Positions 13,096 through 28,116 of a DNA stretch of 64,000 nt are shown piece after piece. A program made the translations under genes and the position numbers. This DNA comes from Octopus sinensis. Lineage: Eukaryota. The stretch is taken from positions 119,164,001 through 119,228,000 of the forward strand of contig NC_043001.1 of the NCBI RefSeq assembly GCF_006345805.1, written 5' to 3'. Below the pieces are notes generated by a model. It saw only the letters and a program-made list of their open reading frames with translations, did not search any database and was not told the DNA's origin. How positions within the stretch are numbered: the stretch's first letter is position 1; every line of letters starts with the position of its first letter.

Positions 13096-13284
13096 TAAGA
13101 GTGTTATTAATAACATATATACATATGTGTATATATATGTATACATATATTTATAATTATACTATATATCATATATGCATACACACTTAGACACACGCAC
13201 AGATGCATAAGCTGAGAGAGTGCTCCAGCATCGCCGCAGACTAAAGACTACATCAAATAAAGTGTGTTTCTGCTCTTTCTCCAT

Positions 13285-13340
<56 letters not shown>

Positions 13341-13558
13341 CCATATAAGATATACATATATGTATATATATATGTATGAATATATATATGTATGTATATA
13401 TACAAATGTACATATATATATGCATATATATTTGTTTTCGCATATATATATATGTGTCTGTGTGTGTATACATATGTGTATATTTAGAAATATGTACATA
13501 CATACGTGCGTGCGTACATACATATATACGTACGTACATACATACATACATACATACA

Positions 13559-13589
<31 letters not shown>

Positions 13590-14284
13590 GCGGTGCATAG
13601 ACACTTCAAAGATCGACTTTTCTATATAACAAAGTTTAGTTCTTGTTGTTAGTGTGGTATTGTTATGTGTTTTAAATTATATCATATCAGATTATTACAT
13701 TTATGCTTACGATACTCACACATATGCATACACGCATATACAAAGACACACAAATACATATATACACAAATATTGACTGAGTCATATGGGAATTATGTTT
13801 TTACTTTGCTTTGTGCAAACCAGCAGAAGTGGTTTTTTGTGATACCGCCATTAGTAATACGCAATAACTATTTAGATATTGTTTGTTAGTAGTTTTTCAT
13901 TATTTTTTCCTCTGTTTTGCTTTATTTTCTTTAATGCAGTAAATTAAGTGAGAGCTCTGAGAGAAAAGTATATGGAAATTTGGAAAGTATGATTGGCTAA
14001 AGTCTAGAGGTGAGAAAATATAAAAGGTGGGTTGGTCGTGGATATAAAGGTAGTGTCAGGATGACAAGTTAAAAGGTGTTGAATCCATCCGCGCAGCTTG
14101 CCATTATTGTTTCACTGTTGTGATATTCGATTATACTCCGCCATATTTTCATTCAGTTTTCGCGACAATGGCATAAATACATATACTTAGATACATATTA
14201 AAATACATATTCACACGCATTCAACGATATATACACCGATACATCGATACATACACAAACATTACACACATACATGCATAACAC

Positions 14285-14315
14285 CAGTCCGGATACTTAT
14301 TGCTCAGACCACGTA
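14285..14315 (-). mobile_element. solo mariner terminal inverted repeat
   Basis: Reverse complement tacgtggtctgagcaataagtatccggactg matches 26 of 31 nt of the TIR at 48259. Confidence 0.6.
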
Positions 14316-14317
14316 TG

Positions 14318-14356
<39 letters not shown>

Positions 14357-14909
14357 AGCGTGTGTGTGTGTGTGTGTGTATGTCTGTATGCATATGTAAT
14401 ACTCCCTTACTGTCACTCCATCATATAATTATAAGCACCCACTTTAGTGTCAGATGAAATGCTTTGCACTATTCTGGCCCTGTGCTATCTGAGTTCAATT
14501 CCCTCTGGTTTCAGATTTGTCTTACATTCTTTTATGGTTGTTAATTTAAGTAGAAGTCCAGAGAGGTAGACTGTTAGAATTGGCTGAATCGATAGAAAAT
14601 GTCTGTTGATATATCTTGCGGTATCCATTTCTTCTTTTTTGCGTTCTGAGTTCAAATTTCGTCTCACCGATAAGTGGGTCATCACTCTTCACACACGGAA
14701 AAAGCTTGAAGACAAGTCACAATAAACCGAGGTACCTGCATCTCTCTGCACTCCGACAGACCTACCGTTATCTCAACACAGTTGCAGTATGGATAAAAGA
14801 AACTTAATAACTAATCACTGTGGGGTTCTGAATCGTGACTTATTACATTAAACAAACTCAACAACGAATGGCTTCAGGATTTCAGACATCTTTGGAAGTG
14901 CCTTGTCAT

Positions 14910-14991
<82 letters not shown>

Positions 14992-15499
14992 CACATACAC
15001 ACATACATACATTGTGATTGCCACTTAGTTCTTTGCCGATGAAAGCTCTCTTTCTAATTAGTAACTGCCGTCATGATTTATCATGTGATTTGCAAGTCCG
15101 ACTTTAGACAAACGAACCCTAGTGCCGATGTTAGAAACAAAGTGCCTAAGATTGAAGTTCTAAGTTATCTTTACGAAGTCCCCGTTTGAAGATGGAGCGG
15201 TAGATTATCTGTGTTTCCAATACTTTACAACCGTCGTTGATCACTTAAAACAACAGATCGCAGTCAAGATGACAGAAGTAGACTCTGAATTTAGCCGACG
15301 GAGAAGAGTAGATAGAGAAGACAATATTAATTACATCCACAAAATGTAGTTGCCAAGTGATCAGGTGTCTTCTTAGAATTAATTACAGGTTCTGTTACCT
15401 AAGTGACGTAATCAGCAATAGAAGCATGTATTCTGAATGCTCAGTAACCAGAATAAGAATAGGTGGCGGGGGCGACAAAAGGAAATCTTACATCCGCTG

Positions 15500-15925
15500 A
15501 TAAGAAGGGGATTCTTTTTCCTACTGAATAAGATTGCATGATGCTTGTATACAAATCAACATTTTAGATAGTAGGGAAACATGAGCACTGAATGCGGAAG
15601 AAATGCAAAGGCTGTAAAGAAATGATTCCAACTGGAGATGTATTGTTAGTGCGCTCGAAAGACGGAAAATGCTCGTTAAGTTACATACCCAATGAACCGG
15701 GGGCAAAAACTGAATCGGCTGTAGGGTGCAGGAGCGAAGACTGGATGGGATACGTATGAATAATGACAGCTATGTTAAAGAAGTGCCAAGGACCCAAGTG
15801 GAAGGAATAGCGGAAGAGGAATCTATAGAAAGAAGGGTGATGGCACATTGAAGCACTGCCAATTGCTACCAAAAGGCTGACCATGAGACGGGACTGCAAC
15901 AAGTGGCAAGATGCTGGGAAAGAGA
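15500..15925 (+). mobile_element. RTE-clade LINE 3' fragment
   Basis: Piecewise translation gives LHDACIQ, RET*ALNAEEMQRL, VQERR, DSYVKEVPRTQVEG, typical of the RTE RT C-terminus. Confidence 0.7.
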
Positions 15926-16196
15926 GGGATAGAAAGAGAGAGGGAGAGAGGGGAGAGAAAGAGAGAAAGAGAGGAAAGACTTGTTCCACCAATACAGGTA
16001 TGGAAAAACTGATATGAAATTCTGCTGCTGGTAATGATGATGGCAAATACAGTCACTGAGATTCTAGAAGTGATAATACAGATATACAGATGGATCTATA
16101 CATACGTTCACACGCGGATATGTACACATATACACACATATGTATATAAATGCATACACACGAACGCCTCTGCTGTTATTTTTTTCTTTCAACCAG

Positions 16197-16271
16197 GTCA
16201 ATACTGAAAGCGCAGATAAACAAAAAGTTCTCCAGAAATACTCTAAGATTTCATATCTAAATTTTAAACTG
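16197..16271 (+). CDS. candidate internal exon (VNTESADKQKVLQKYSKISYLNFKL), unknown product
   Basis: Strong acceptor ttatttttttctttcaaccag, 75 nt, phase 0-0, one open frame; donor GTACTA is weak. Confidence 0.25.
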
Positions 16272-16894
16272 GTACTATACAAATGAATAAAACTTTAGCT
16301 ATTGTGTCTAACAACTCATAACAACCCCCTTGTTTGCTCACCAATGTGTAGATGTATCCGGTCGATGTCTTAAAATGTTTTAGCCATTTCATATCTATAA
16401 ACAATCAATGTCTGTATATTGTCAATTTGTATTAACATTTCTATAATCTAACTTCGCAATACATTATTTTTATAAATTATCCAACTGTGTTTCCTTGTAT
16501 CCACTTTTTGATTACAAAGTTTGTAACTTATCTTCAATCTATAGCACATGTGGAGCTGTAAGTTACATTATAAATCATGTTTTTACTGGAAGAAAATAAT
16601 CAGTATATTGAATTAACAACACGTTACGTCAACTATTTCAGACACACAAATAAACTTACAAACGCACCCACATTTTCATACATACATACATACATACATA
16701 CATACATACATACATACATACATTATACATGCATACATCATACATACATACACACATACATACATTTTATACATACATACATACATGCATACATACATAC
16801 ATACATACATACATACATACATACATACATACATACATACATACATACGTACATACATGCATATACATGATAGATCGGTAGCCACTATACACAT

Positions 16895-17045
16895 TTTTTT
16901 CTCTCCTTGTTTTTTTCTGTGTCCCTTTCTGTAGAAGGGCGTAGGCTCGAAACGTAAAAGACTTTTTCAATCCCTGAGCGTTATATTTATACATCTGTTT
17001 GTTTTCTACACCACCTGTCTTCGTCTTTTGCTTTTTTCGTGAACT
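16895..17045 (+). mobile_element. short Penelope-like terminal repeat (family D)
   Basis: Shares gcgtaggctcgaaac...aaaagact...cacctgtcttcgtcttttg with 54640-54800 (-) and 56435-56560 (+). Confidence 0.7.
16925..16960 (+). ncRNA. variant minimal hammerhead-like motif (CUGUAGA core)
   Basis: CUUU-CUGUAGA-A-GGGC(GUAG)GCUC-GAAA-C-GUA/AAAG: stems I and II pair; stem III could form only by dimerisation through the ACGU palindrome; A6 is replaced by U. Confidence 0.55.
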
Positions 17046-17061
17046 CTCCCTACACACACAC

Positions 17062-17106
<45 letters not shown>

Positions 17107-17766
17107 ATGTATATATGTATGCATGTATGTATGAATATTTACACATACAAGAAAATTTGATTATAAATGTGGGTAACGATGTGTCTGAGTAAACTATACA
17201 CGTGTTAATTTTCGTGTATGTCTCTGGATGAGTTCATAGGACAGTGTGCTTGTAGAAGTATATTTCTGTACGTGTGTGTGTAAAAATGAAATATTCTTGG
17301 TGAAGCAACATAAATATTGAATCGCGAAAATAAAATATGGTGGAAACGTAGGAATTGTACTCAAAATTACGGCTAATTCTAAATTTGTTGTTGCTGCTGA
17401 TGAAAATGATGATGGTATTTGTGACTAAGTTTTATCATTCCATATAATATGATTTCATTTTGAGCAGCTACTAGAGAGAAGTGATGATGATGATGATTAT
17501 GACGACGATGATGGAGATGACGACCACGACGCGGACGATAATGATGATGATGATGAAGTTGATAGTGACGGTGATAGTTAGATTAAGATAGCGATATTGA
17601 TGATGAGGTTGCCACTGCTAACGACGATGATAACGATTGTTTCGATGAGGGTTGTCAAGATGACAAGGAAACGTAAGGACATTGATAAGGATGGTGCTGC
17701 TGCTGCTGATTGTTGTTGTTGTTAAGCAACAAGACGAGTAAGGGTGATTAGGTGATGGTCTAGGGC

Positions 17767-18060
17767 TTAGGGGAGGGAGACCCCAGACCTTGGGAAAAAG
17801 AAAAAAAACTTTGGTCGTCTTGTTGTAGTCGAGGGCTCTTCGGCGACGCCCGACACCACCGGGAGGTGGCCCTCGAAGTCGCTGGAAATGGAGATCTCCA
17901 GGTTCAAGTTCTTGGACGGCTGCTGCTGCTGCTGATGATGATGATGATGAGGATGAAGAGCGGAAGGGAGAAGAAGAGATGTGATGATTACGATGGTAAT
18001 GATGATGCCAATGATGACACAGAAGTCGGTGCTGTCATCAACTAGAATACTAATGGCCAC
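17767..18060 (-). CDS. candidate coding segment with poly-H/Q and a GC3-rich core
   Basis: In 17830-17919, 28 of 30 codons end in G/C (PSKNLNLEISISSDFEGHLPVVSGVAEEPS) within an AT-rich background. No splice partners identified. Confidence 0.3.
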   Translation of the reverse strand: MAISILVDDSTDFCVIIGIIITIVIITSLLLPSALHPHHHHHQQQQQPSKNLNLEISISSDFEGHLPVVSGVAEEPSTTTRRPKFFFFFPRSGVSLP

Positions 18061-18346
18061 TTTGACGATAACGATGATAGTGGCGATGATTCAAGAAACA
18101 ATTTTTCTTTTAATTTCTAAATGGGATTATTATGATTAATGCAAAAATTAACTTTTTTCCCCTTGATTCTACTTCCCATTACTTATGGTTTTCAAATCTT
18201 AAAATAGTGTTATTTATGGAGTTTTTTGCAACGGCAGGAAAGAAAGATCCTTTGAATAATGGAATATGACTAAGTAGCCATAGTTAAGGCTATATAGTCT
18301 ATTTATCTGTTTATTTATTTATAAATATATTCATTTCGAACTTCGC

Positions 18347-18378
<32 letters not shown>

Positions 18379-18463
18379 TACACAGACATATGAATATATA
18401 TAATATAAGATATATATATACTATATATATATATTGATATATATATATATATACATATGTATG

Positions 18464-18542
<79 letters not shown>

Positions 18543-18749
18543 ATATATATATACGGCGATTGTGTACATGAGCGTCTGTAATCATATTTGTAGTTAAGTT
18601 TGAGTTCTAGACGCGTATCCAAAGAATACATAATATTCTTTTATACGGTTGTTTTAGCATCATTTTCCATGTAAATGTTGATAAATATTCCTCTAGAGAA
18701 ACGAAAACGTCAATAAGCATGATGTAATCAAGGCCCCCACCACTACCCT

Positions 18750-18840
<91 letters not shown>

Positions 18841-19140
18841 ACTACTACTACTACTGGTGTCTGATTTAGTCGATGGTATTTCAAGTTTAACGTAAAAAGC
18901 CGGAACAAATACTGCTCTAACGATTTTGCCAGCTCTCTACTCTATATCATCATCATCTTCATCATCATCATCATAATCATCATCATAATCAGCAGTAGCA
19001 ACAGCAGTAACAGCAGCAGTAGCAGCAAAAACAACAACTGCAACAATTCTTTCTTCTATAGAAAAACATACCTGAAAATTTTGGGATGGTACTAGAATGC
19101 TTTCTTATTTAAGCACAAATGTAGTAGTTGGAGGGTATGA

Positions 19141-19280
19141 GGGTAGTCGATACCATCAACCCTGGTATTTAACCGGTACATTATTTTATCGAACCCGAAT
19201 GGCAGACTTGATCGGTGAGATGCGAACTCAGAATATTAAAAGTCGGGACAAATACTGTAAGGCATTTTGTTCCACGCTCC
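19141..19280 (-). mobile_element. degenerate SINE family B
   Basis: ccggtacattattttatcgaacccgaa...gaactcagaat matches family B. Confidence 0.65.
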
Positions 19281-19497
19281 AAGGATTCTAACCTATAACA
19301 TCAAGAAAAACGAAAACAATAATAACACTGGTTTCAGATTTTGGCACAAGGCCAGGAATTTCAGTGGGAGAAAATTAGTCGGTTACCTCGATCCCAGTAC
19401 TGTGAGGTTTCATATAATAATATGATGATGATGATGATGATGATGATGATAATAATAATAATAATAATAGTAATAATAATAATTCTTTCTACGATAT

Positions 19498-19665
19498 GCA
19501 CAAGGCCTGAAACTTTGGAAAGTCGATTACGTCGACCCCAGTGCTCAACTGGTGCTTATTATGTTCGACCCCGAAAGGATGAAAGGCAAAGTCGGCCTTG
19601 GAGAATTTGAACTCAGATCCTAAAGGCGGAAGAATTGCCGCGAATCATTTTGTTCGGTATGCTCA
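19498..19665 (-). mobile_element. SINE family B
   Basis: gtcgaccccagtgctcaactggt...gaccccgaaaggatgaaaggcaaagtcg...atttgaactcag. Confidence 0.85.
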
Positions 19666-21002
19666 CAGCCTAATGAGACAATGAAGCATCGTCTACCCGG
19701 TCTTTTGACATGCAGGTCATAGCAGCTAATTCTCCCTACCGTCTTGGATATCAGTGAGCCTTGTCGTAAATATAGAAAAAGATAAGATGATGACTGTCGG
19801 AACGTCAACTCGATCAAGGAAGGGCAAGGGAATAAGCAGCAAGGTGATGATCATTTAACTGGAGATGAAAAGCCACCACAAGATAGAGAATGAAGATAAA
19901 GCATAAGTACATGAATAGGAATAAAGAAATTAAGTCCCAACTGGAAAAGCAGCTATGTAGAACCTACAACTCTCGGTTTCACCCCATCTACAAAGTGCAA
20001 TAGTTACATTTCAGTTGTAGTGTCTGCCTATAGACATATATTCGCCAAAAACGATACACTCCAGTAATCATGAATTATAATGATTATTAAATACACCATC
20101 TTCATATATTTTCTGAGAGTGTTGTCTCATCCTAGCTTTCTCTTTCTTTCTTATCTCTCTCTCTACTTCTCATCTCTCTCCCTCCTCATCTCCCTCCCTT
20201 TCCTATCTCTCTCTCTCTTTCTCTCTGTCTCTCCCTTTCTCTCACACACACCCAACGTTTGTCTGTCCATCTCTGATTTTAATTGATGCCTCAATGAACC
20301 GAAATTTCCGCCATCTTCTTGTTTTTCAAATGTTCGCTTTCCAAACAGACTCCTGTCTTTTGTCGTCTGCCATCTTTTGCTATAAGCTATTTAAGAAACG
20401 GACAGTAATATGACATTTCCTAAAATACGCCGGACTTTATCGTAGTTTTACGGTAAAATGACTACATCCAAACATCCATCCACAAACGCGCGCGCGCGCA
20501 CACACACACACAGACACACACACATGCATATAAGCATATAAAAATAAATGTGTATTTTCCTGAATGTCTTTGTCCGGAAAGTCTTGATTGTTGTTTTATA
20601 AAATGCTGTTGGTATATTAAAATAACTGTATGCCGTGAGGGTAGATAGAATAGGAAATTGTTAGAAAAGTGTGGAACAGAATGAATTGCACACTTTGATA
20701 ATATACTTGAATCTACGCAGTTTCTCGATCTGTAAGAAATAGAAGCGAACTTCCCTCTTATCCCTCCATCTTAAAAACAAAGTCCACATTAGCCAGACTT
20801 ATATCTCGTTGGTACATTCCTCCAGATTTTAATTACACATGGGTTTTTCAAATTACACCCTCTGTTGCTCATTCTAACTTACTTTACTGTAAATACTTTA
20901 AAAATTGTTTTAAAAATAATATTATTGGCTGACTTCCAAAGAAGGACCTTAATTATACACGTTTATACAGTTTATTATACAGTTTATACACGTTTCTTTA
21001 CC

Positions 21003-21283
21003 TTTTACTTGTTTAAGTCATTAGACTGCGGCCATTCTGGGTCATTGTCTTGAAGAAATTCAGTCGAAAGAATCGACCTCAGTCTTATATAATTTTTTTA
21101 AGCTCGGTACTTATTCTATTGGTCTTCTTTGCCGAACTGTTAAATTTAACAGTTCACAAGGTTTTAAATTTAACAGTTCACGAGGCTTTAGTCGGCCCGA
21201 GGCTATAGTAGAAAACACTCAACTCAAGATGCCACCCGGAACTCTGTGGTTGGGAGGCAAACTTCTTACCACACAGCCGCACT
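21003..21283 (-). mobile_element. SINE family A with internal deletion
   Basis: Head and tail match 42833-43244; the central part is replaced by a 17-bp direct duplication (21141-21157, 21165-21181). Confidence 0.8.
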
Positions 21284-21944
21284 TGTACATAGATGTCATT
21301 TTTACAAGGAATCATCTTGTGTAAGACAAGGGTATTTTAAATATGCATCCTTTATATTCCTTTCTGTACAAATCACCAACTTCTCTATAAGAATACTTTG
21401 TACGAAAATTATGAAGTATTATTTTACTTACGCTAATTTCCAGGCCGTTTTTCACACATGCTTTATATATGCAGTCATGCAGAAATATATTTTTCATTAA
21501 CTACGTTTAATAATGATAAATCATCCGAAGATTGACGTTTTTATGTATTTAATTCTCTGTTCAAAAGTTGTATGTCAAAGATTTTATTTGCCACAATACT
21601 AAGTCTGAATTCTTTCAAATCTAACCTTTCAGGTTATATGTACTATATTCGTATGGCCTTCCCTAAACTTAACAGTTTTTCAAAGCCAATATCTTTGAAT
21701 TATTCCATGTTAGTTTTATATATCCATCTCCAGACAGATTTCATCTAGATCCAAATTTTTATGTACATACGTTGTTTCAAATTAAACCATATGTTACCGG
21801 TTCTACTTTTAACATAGGTTTCAAATTTTGGTACAAATCCAGTAATTTCGTTAAGTATTTTACATCAACCCCAGTGTGCAGCCGGTACTTATTTGTTCGA
21901 CCTCGAAATAACACACTGTCCCACACAACCTACCACACATATAT

Positions 21945-22762
21945 GCATGTATGAACAAAAACAATTGAAACAACTTGTTAAATGAAAATTTAATTATTTC
22001 GTATGAAGCTTGTCCTCCGTTAGCTGCAATTGCGGTTCTAATACGTCGGGGAAGTGATTCATATAGGGTGTCAAGGTTTGTTAGGGGAATTTTGAGCTAT
22101 TCTTGAAATAAAACATATTTTAGCTCTTTCAGCGACTATACCCGAATGAAGTAGCTTCTTATTTGCTGCTCCCAAATGCACCATAAATCTCCTATTATAT
22201 GGAGATCCAGTGATTGTGTGTGTGGGAGGATAGGGGAAGGGCAATCCAATTGCTCTACCGCCCTTCGTTCAATTTTGAATGGCATTAGCCCTTTGCATCG
22301 GTGCATATCGCCCAGGAAGATTGCTTTTCCATCAGGTAACAATGTTCGTACCATTGGGTGGACATGAAAAGGAGAAACACTCAGATAATGCCTGCCGTCA
22401 ACTCCATCATGCAGAACAACTAAAGGGTTAAGATAATTTTTCGATATGTCTGCCTAAATAATCACAGAACAATCTCCATACATCTGATGATTTTATCGAG
22501 TGTACATCTGAAAATGGTAAGTTCAGAGACTGAAGCGTTAGTCATCTGCACCCTGACAATTTGTCATTTTTGGAAATGAGAGAGGTCACGCATTTTAACT
22601 GATGCCAATATAAATAACTGGGGAAAATAGGAAAACGACGCAGTATATCATGATGTAAAACACATATATACGGAAAAGAACAGTTTTGAATTTGCCATAT
22701 TGCCAAAAGAAAAAATAGTTAAGTAAAAAATGCCGATTCCATTATTTTGTCCGACCCATGAA
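21945..22762 (-). mobile_element. degenerate Tc1-family DNA transposon
   Basis: Minus translation MVRTLLPDGKAIF...LDLHIIGDLW and KIPLTNLDTLYESLPRRIRTAIAANGG matches the Tc1 transposase C-terminus; TIR-like gggtcggacaaaataatgg next to TA at 22763. Confidence 0.75.
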
Positions 22763-22767
22763 TACAT

Positions 22768-22803
<36 letters not shown>

Positions 22804-23037
22804 ACACAGGCACGCACACACACACAAACACACTCACACACATACACACACACGCACACTCACACACACATACACACATAACATTATGTATCGGAAGCCA
22901 TAACAAAGAATGGCGAATTTCTCATCTTTATATAAAATGTTCCAACATATAAGATTCTGTTATGTATACATAAGTATCTTAGTGTCTTTAGATGCGATTC
23001 TTCTGTGTATATGCATCTCGGTCTCTCTGTCTCTGTC

Positions 23038-23111
<74 letters not shown>

Positions 23112-23207
23112 CATGTATGCATACATACATATGCATATATATATATGTATATATGCATATATATACATCATACATATATATATATAAATAGATACATACA
23201 TACATAC

Positions 23208-23255
<48 letters not shown>

Positions 23256-23274
23256 ATATATATATATTATATAT

Positions 23275-23331
<57 letters not shown>

Positions 23332-23353
23332 ATATATTATATATAATAGATAG

Positions 23354-23432
<79 letters not shown>

Positions 23433-24408
23433 TACACACAAAAATACGTATAAGTGTGTATATGTGATTGTCAATATGTGAATATGTTTCCACGCGAGTT
23501 GTACGTGTGTGTATTGTTTGGAAGAAAAACTACGATAGTTCTTCATATTTATGTAGCTTTAAACCAACGATGTTAAAAGCAAATGAACTTCTTAACAAAG
23601 AACACAAAAGAGAAAAAAAATAAAATCACAAGACACACGCTGGAACCAACACTCATCGCAACATCGGAAGACAAATGAATGATATATATATATATATATA
23701 ACACATATATACACACATATATATGACAATAACAATGAGATTAATAACAGCAAATACAATAACTAAAATACTGACAATATCAACAACGATGAGAATAGCT
23801 AGCACATAAGCAATGTCGCCGGCAACAAGTTTTAATAGATGCTCTTATGTTAGCATAACACTTCATTCTATTCTCATACCTTTTATGAAATTCGTCTTTT
23901 CGATAATGGATGAACAGGAGCGGGATGTGTGCGGGCGAGTTGTGTGTGTGTGTGTATGGGTGTGTATGTATGGGTTTGTGCGTATGTGTCCGTATTTATG
24001 ATGCATATATATATATATACATCTATGTATATGTTTATGGAAGTATGCATAGATATACGTATGTAGATATGGTGCTCTTATTTGCGTACGTACGCATGCA
24101 TTTATGTATGAATGCATGTGTATTGTATGTTTGCGTTTATGTTTTCTGGAAGTTACTCCGAATGGAAATATTTATGAAGGCGTTTAACTATGTATGAACA
24201 AACACATACGCGCATATTTGACAAAAAGACACGCAAACACACACACACATACGCACACACATATATCACTGCATGTAGGGATGTCCACATATTTGTACAC
24301 TCGGCAACATATAATCAATGTGTCTGCATTCGTGTACATATGTATATCTATATGGTAACTGTAAATGCATACCACACACAAACACGCATATAATATATGT
24401 ATATATAT

Positions 24409-24440
<32 letters not shown>

Positions 24441-24461
24441 ATATATATATATATATATAAT

Positions 24462-24495
<34 letters not shown>

Positions 24496-24985
24496 AATAT
24501 ATATATGTATATAAAGATATATATATATAAAGGTAATACATACATTCATATATATATAATATATATATATGGGGAGAATTCACAAAAAAACAAAGGACGA
24601 AGACAGGTGATATATATATATTTATGTATATGTGTGTGTATATATATAAATACACACACACATATATATATATGTCTATGCAATGCACACACTTATTAGC
24701 AAACAGACACAGACACACACTCATACACATTCACACACATTCACATGCAGATACATATTTTTGTTCGCAGTTTATTCCACGTCTAGCGGATGGTGACTTA
24801 CGTAAACATTCAATATGCTTGATTAAGCCAACACTAGAGAAACTTCGAAATCACTTTCAACATCATAATAATATACATTATACTTTGAGCTTTTATTGCT
24901 TCTTTTATTCAATGAATGCTTGTTGTACTTAGAAAAAAAAACACATATATTGCATAAGGTGTGCATCTACGCTACATAGATACAA

Positions 24986-25063
<78 letters not shown>

Positions 25064-25357
25064 TATATGTATATATGTATGTATGTATATATGTATATGT
25101 ATTACTAATTCATACATACTCACATGATCACATAGTTAAAAGTGTAAGTGATAAGTATGGATGGAGAGATTATATTACTGAATCAATAAGACTAGAGAAT
25201 CGTGAAAGATTATAGTTGCGCAGTGAGATATAAATTTTAAGAGGAGCTGATCAACTGAATAACGATAGTCAAACATGGACACAGAAGCCAATATATATAT
25301 ATACACATATATATATACATATATATATGTCTATATATATTATATATACAATATATA

Positions 25358-25398
<41 letters not shown>

Positions 25399-26249
25399 CG
25401 TTTTGTCCCATGTCTCTAGTTGAAAGAGACATATATATGTAAATATGTATATTTGCATATATATATGTATGTATGTATGTCTGCAAGTATGCCGATATTT
25501 TTGTGCGTACCTGTAATTGGGTGTATGAGCGTGTTGTTGCTGCTGTTGTGTGTGTGTATGTGCACGCGTGCTTCTCTGTGTACGCGTACGTGTCTGTGTA
25601 TACAAGAATAAATTGAAATGGAGCTAAAGGAGCAGGAAATAGATATGAAAGTCAAATTACAGTCAAATTTATTAAATGGCTCATCATACTAAATGAATAA
25701 GGAAAACAAAGAATGAATAAAAACAAAAATTATAATAACAATCGAAATCTAAGCAACATTCAGTTCATTAGAATGCAGATATTCAATTAAAAATGAAATT
25801 GATAAAATCAGAAAGCAATGAATAACAAGTATTTTGTAGGTTCACGCAATGACGTTCTGTCATAGCAGCCATGTTGTCTTCGCGTTCGTCTGGTCCGGTC
25901 GCCATTTCTGTTAGCTTTTAGCAACCTTGAATACAAATTTAAAAATGACAGCGGCTGTTGATCTTAAAACGTTTGACTACTATATTTAGAGGCGTTTTCA
26001 AAGCTTTTGAAATAATATCTAGAAGGGAGAGAATGAGATATAATATGAGAAGGGAATGGAGAGACAAGATAAATAAAATAGAAGAAAATTAAATGAAGAG
26101 AATAAATCAATAAACGCGCACAAATAAATACTCGCATAAACCTACTCGCAACGCACATGCGTAGATAGGGACGCACGTGCACACACACATTAGCTGACCG
26201 AAATCAAACTAATGTCGTTTTATGTTATATATAATGATATCGCATTAAT

Positions 26250-26782
26250 AATTATCATAACTGTAATCCAAGCCACGATTACCATCATCATCATCATCGA
26301 CGTCATCGTCATTGTCGTTGTCATAACGATGATGATGATGACGACGACGACGACGATGATGATGTTGATGATGGTGATGATGGTGATCATCATCATCATC
26401 ATTTTTATTATAATTAGCACAATCATCGTATTCCCAGTCGTCGTTTCATCGTAGTCGTCGTCGCCGTCGTCATGATGATGATGATAATGACGACGACGAT
26501 GATGATCACCATTATTATGACAAAAATAAATGCTGTTGATATTAATGATGATGACGATGACGATCATCATCATCATCATCATGGTCATCATCATTAAGAA
26601 CAGCAGTATTTTTTTGCCATTATAAAATCATAACCATCTTCCTTGTTATCATCACGAACACCATCATCTGCCCCACGATCATGATTATCATCATTTTCAT
26701 TATAACCAGCATAATTATCATATACCTTGTCGGTACCGTCGTCGTTATCGTCGTCTCTGCGTCGTCGTCGTCGTCGTCGTCG

Positions 26783-26829
<47 letters not shown>

Positions 26830-26830
26830 G
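26250..26830. repeat. ATC/ACG/ATG trinucleotide low-complexity block
   Basis: Direct reading. Confidence 0.9.
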
Positions 26831-27239
26831 AACACGAAAATTGTATTTGACCTAAGTCACAGATGTTTCATCTTTTCTGCCCGGAATGTTGACAACTGAT
26901 TGCATCATTATAATATTTATAACATTAATATTACTATTAATAATCATCTCCAAGGTCACAGGCTGTGTACCCGATGCTTTCCCGATAAATGTTTTAATTA
27001 CTCTGTAATATAAACTCAGAACATAATAGCAAATAACTTTGTACTGCAACACATCGTGCTCGTTTTTACCATTACTATCATAGGTGAATAATGAATCCTT
27101 ATATGGATTGAATGCCTTCAGCTTTTGAGATTCAAACCGTTCTTGTATCGACTAAGGCTTATTTAAGCAATAACAGGAAAATGAAAGGCAAAAAGCTGAT
27201 CTGGGTGGGGTATGGACTCCGAACACAGAAATAAAAGCA

Positions 27240-27264
27240 TCAACTACTACTACTACTACTACTA

Positions 27265-27317
<53 letters not shown>

Positions 27318-27425
27318 ATACTGTTACTGCTGCTGCTGCTGCTACTACTACTACTACTACTACTGCTACTGCTGCTGCTACTGCTGCTGCTGCTACTACT
27401 ACTACTACTACTACTGCTGCTGCTG
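27240..27425. repeat. (ACT)n/(GCT)n trinucleotide repeat
   Basis: Direct reading. Confidence 0.9.
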
Positions 27426-27616
27426 AATATAACCTGCGACTTTTATAACTTACATTCTATTGCACAATTGCTATCCTATAAATCATAAAGCACACATCTT
27501 TTCCAGTCACTACACAAAACTATAGACATATGCCACAACTCACTCTCTACTGACGCCTTGAGTATTTTTCATTATATTTGTATACATAACTGTTGCTCTC
27601 AGTACCTCTTACTCTC

Positions 27617-27652
<36 letters not shown>

Positions 27653-28116
27653 CTATTTATCTATCTTTCTAACTTTCTGATTAGAAATTCTAACATATCT
27701 GGTTTCTTTATTTAGGCTTTTTTTTTTCGCATCCCTCGAAAAGAAAAATTCTACATTGTTATTGTCCCCTCTGTGTCTAGCCCTGTGTGACCAATAAAGA
27801 AAGTTATATTTAGGTTTCGATATTGCATTTATGATACTTAATGAGAGTGAAATGCTTATATGAAATTGAAATATTAGTATTGAACTGCAAAGAAAAACAT
27901 TTGCCAATAAAACATTCCTCCAAATGGTTCTCATCCTTTCACAAATGACGAAGGAATCGCTGACAAAAGTAATTTCAAATGAGTCCCAGTCAGCACAGTG
28001 TTGTATTTTGTTGGTATGACTCAGTCATTACGAATACAATTATGACGATGGTGTGAAGGATGAAGCGGGAAACACTGTATGTGTCTTTTTCCTCTTTTAT
28101 ACGTGCTTCTTCTTCT

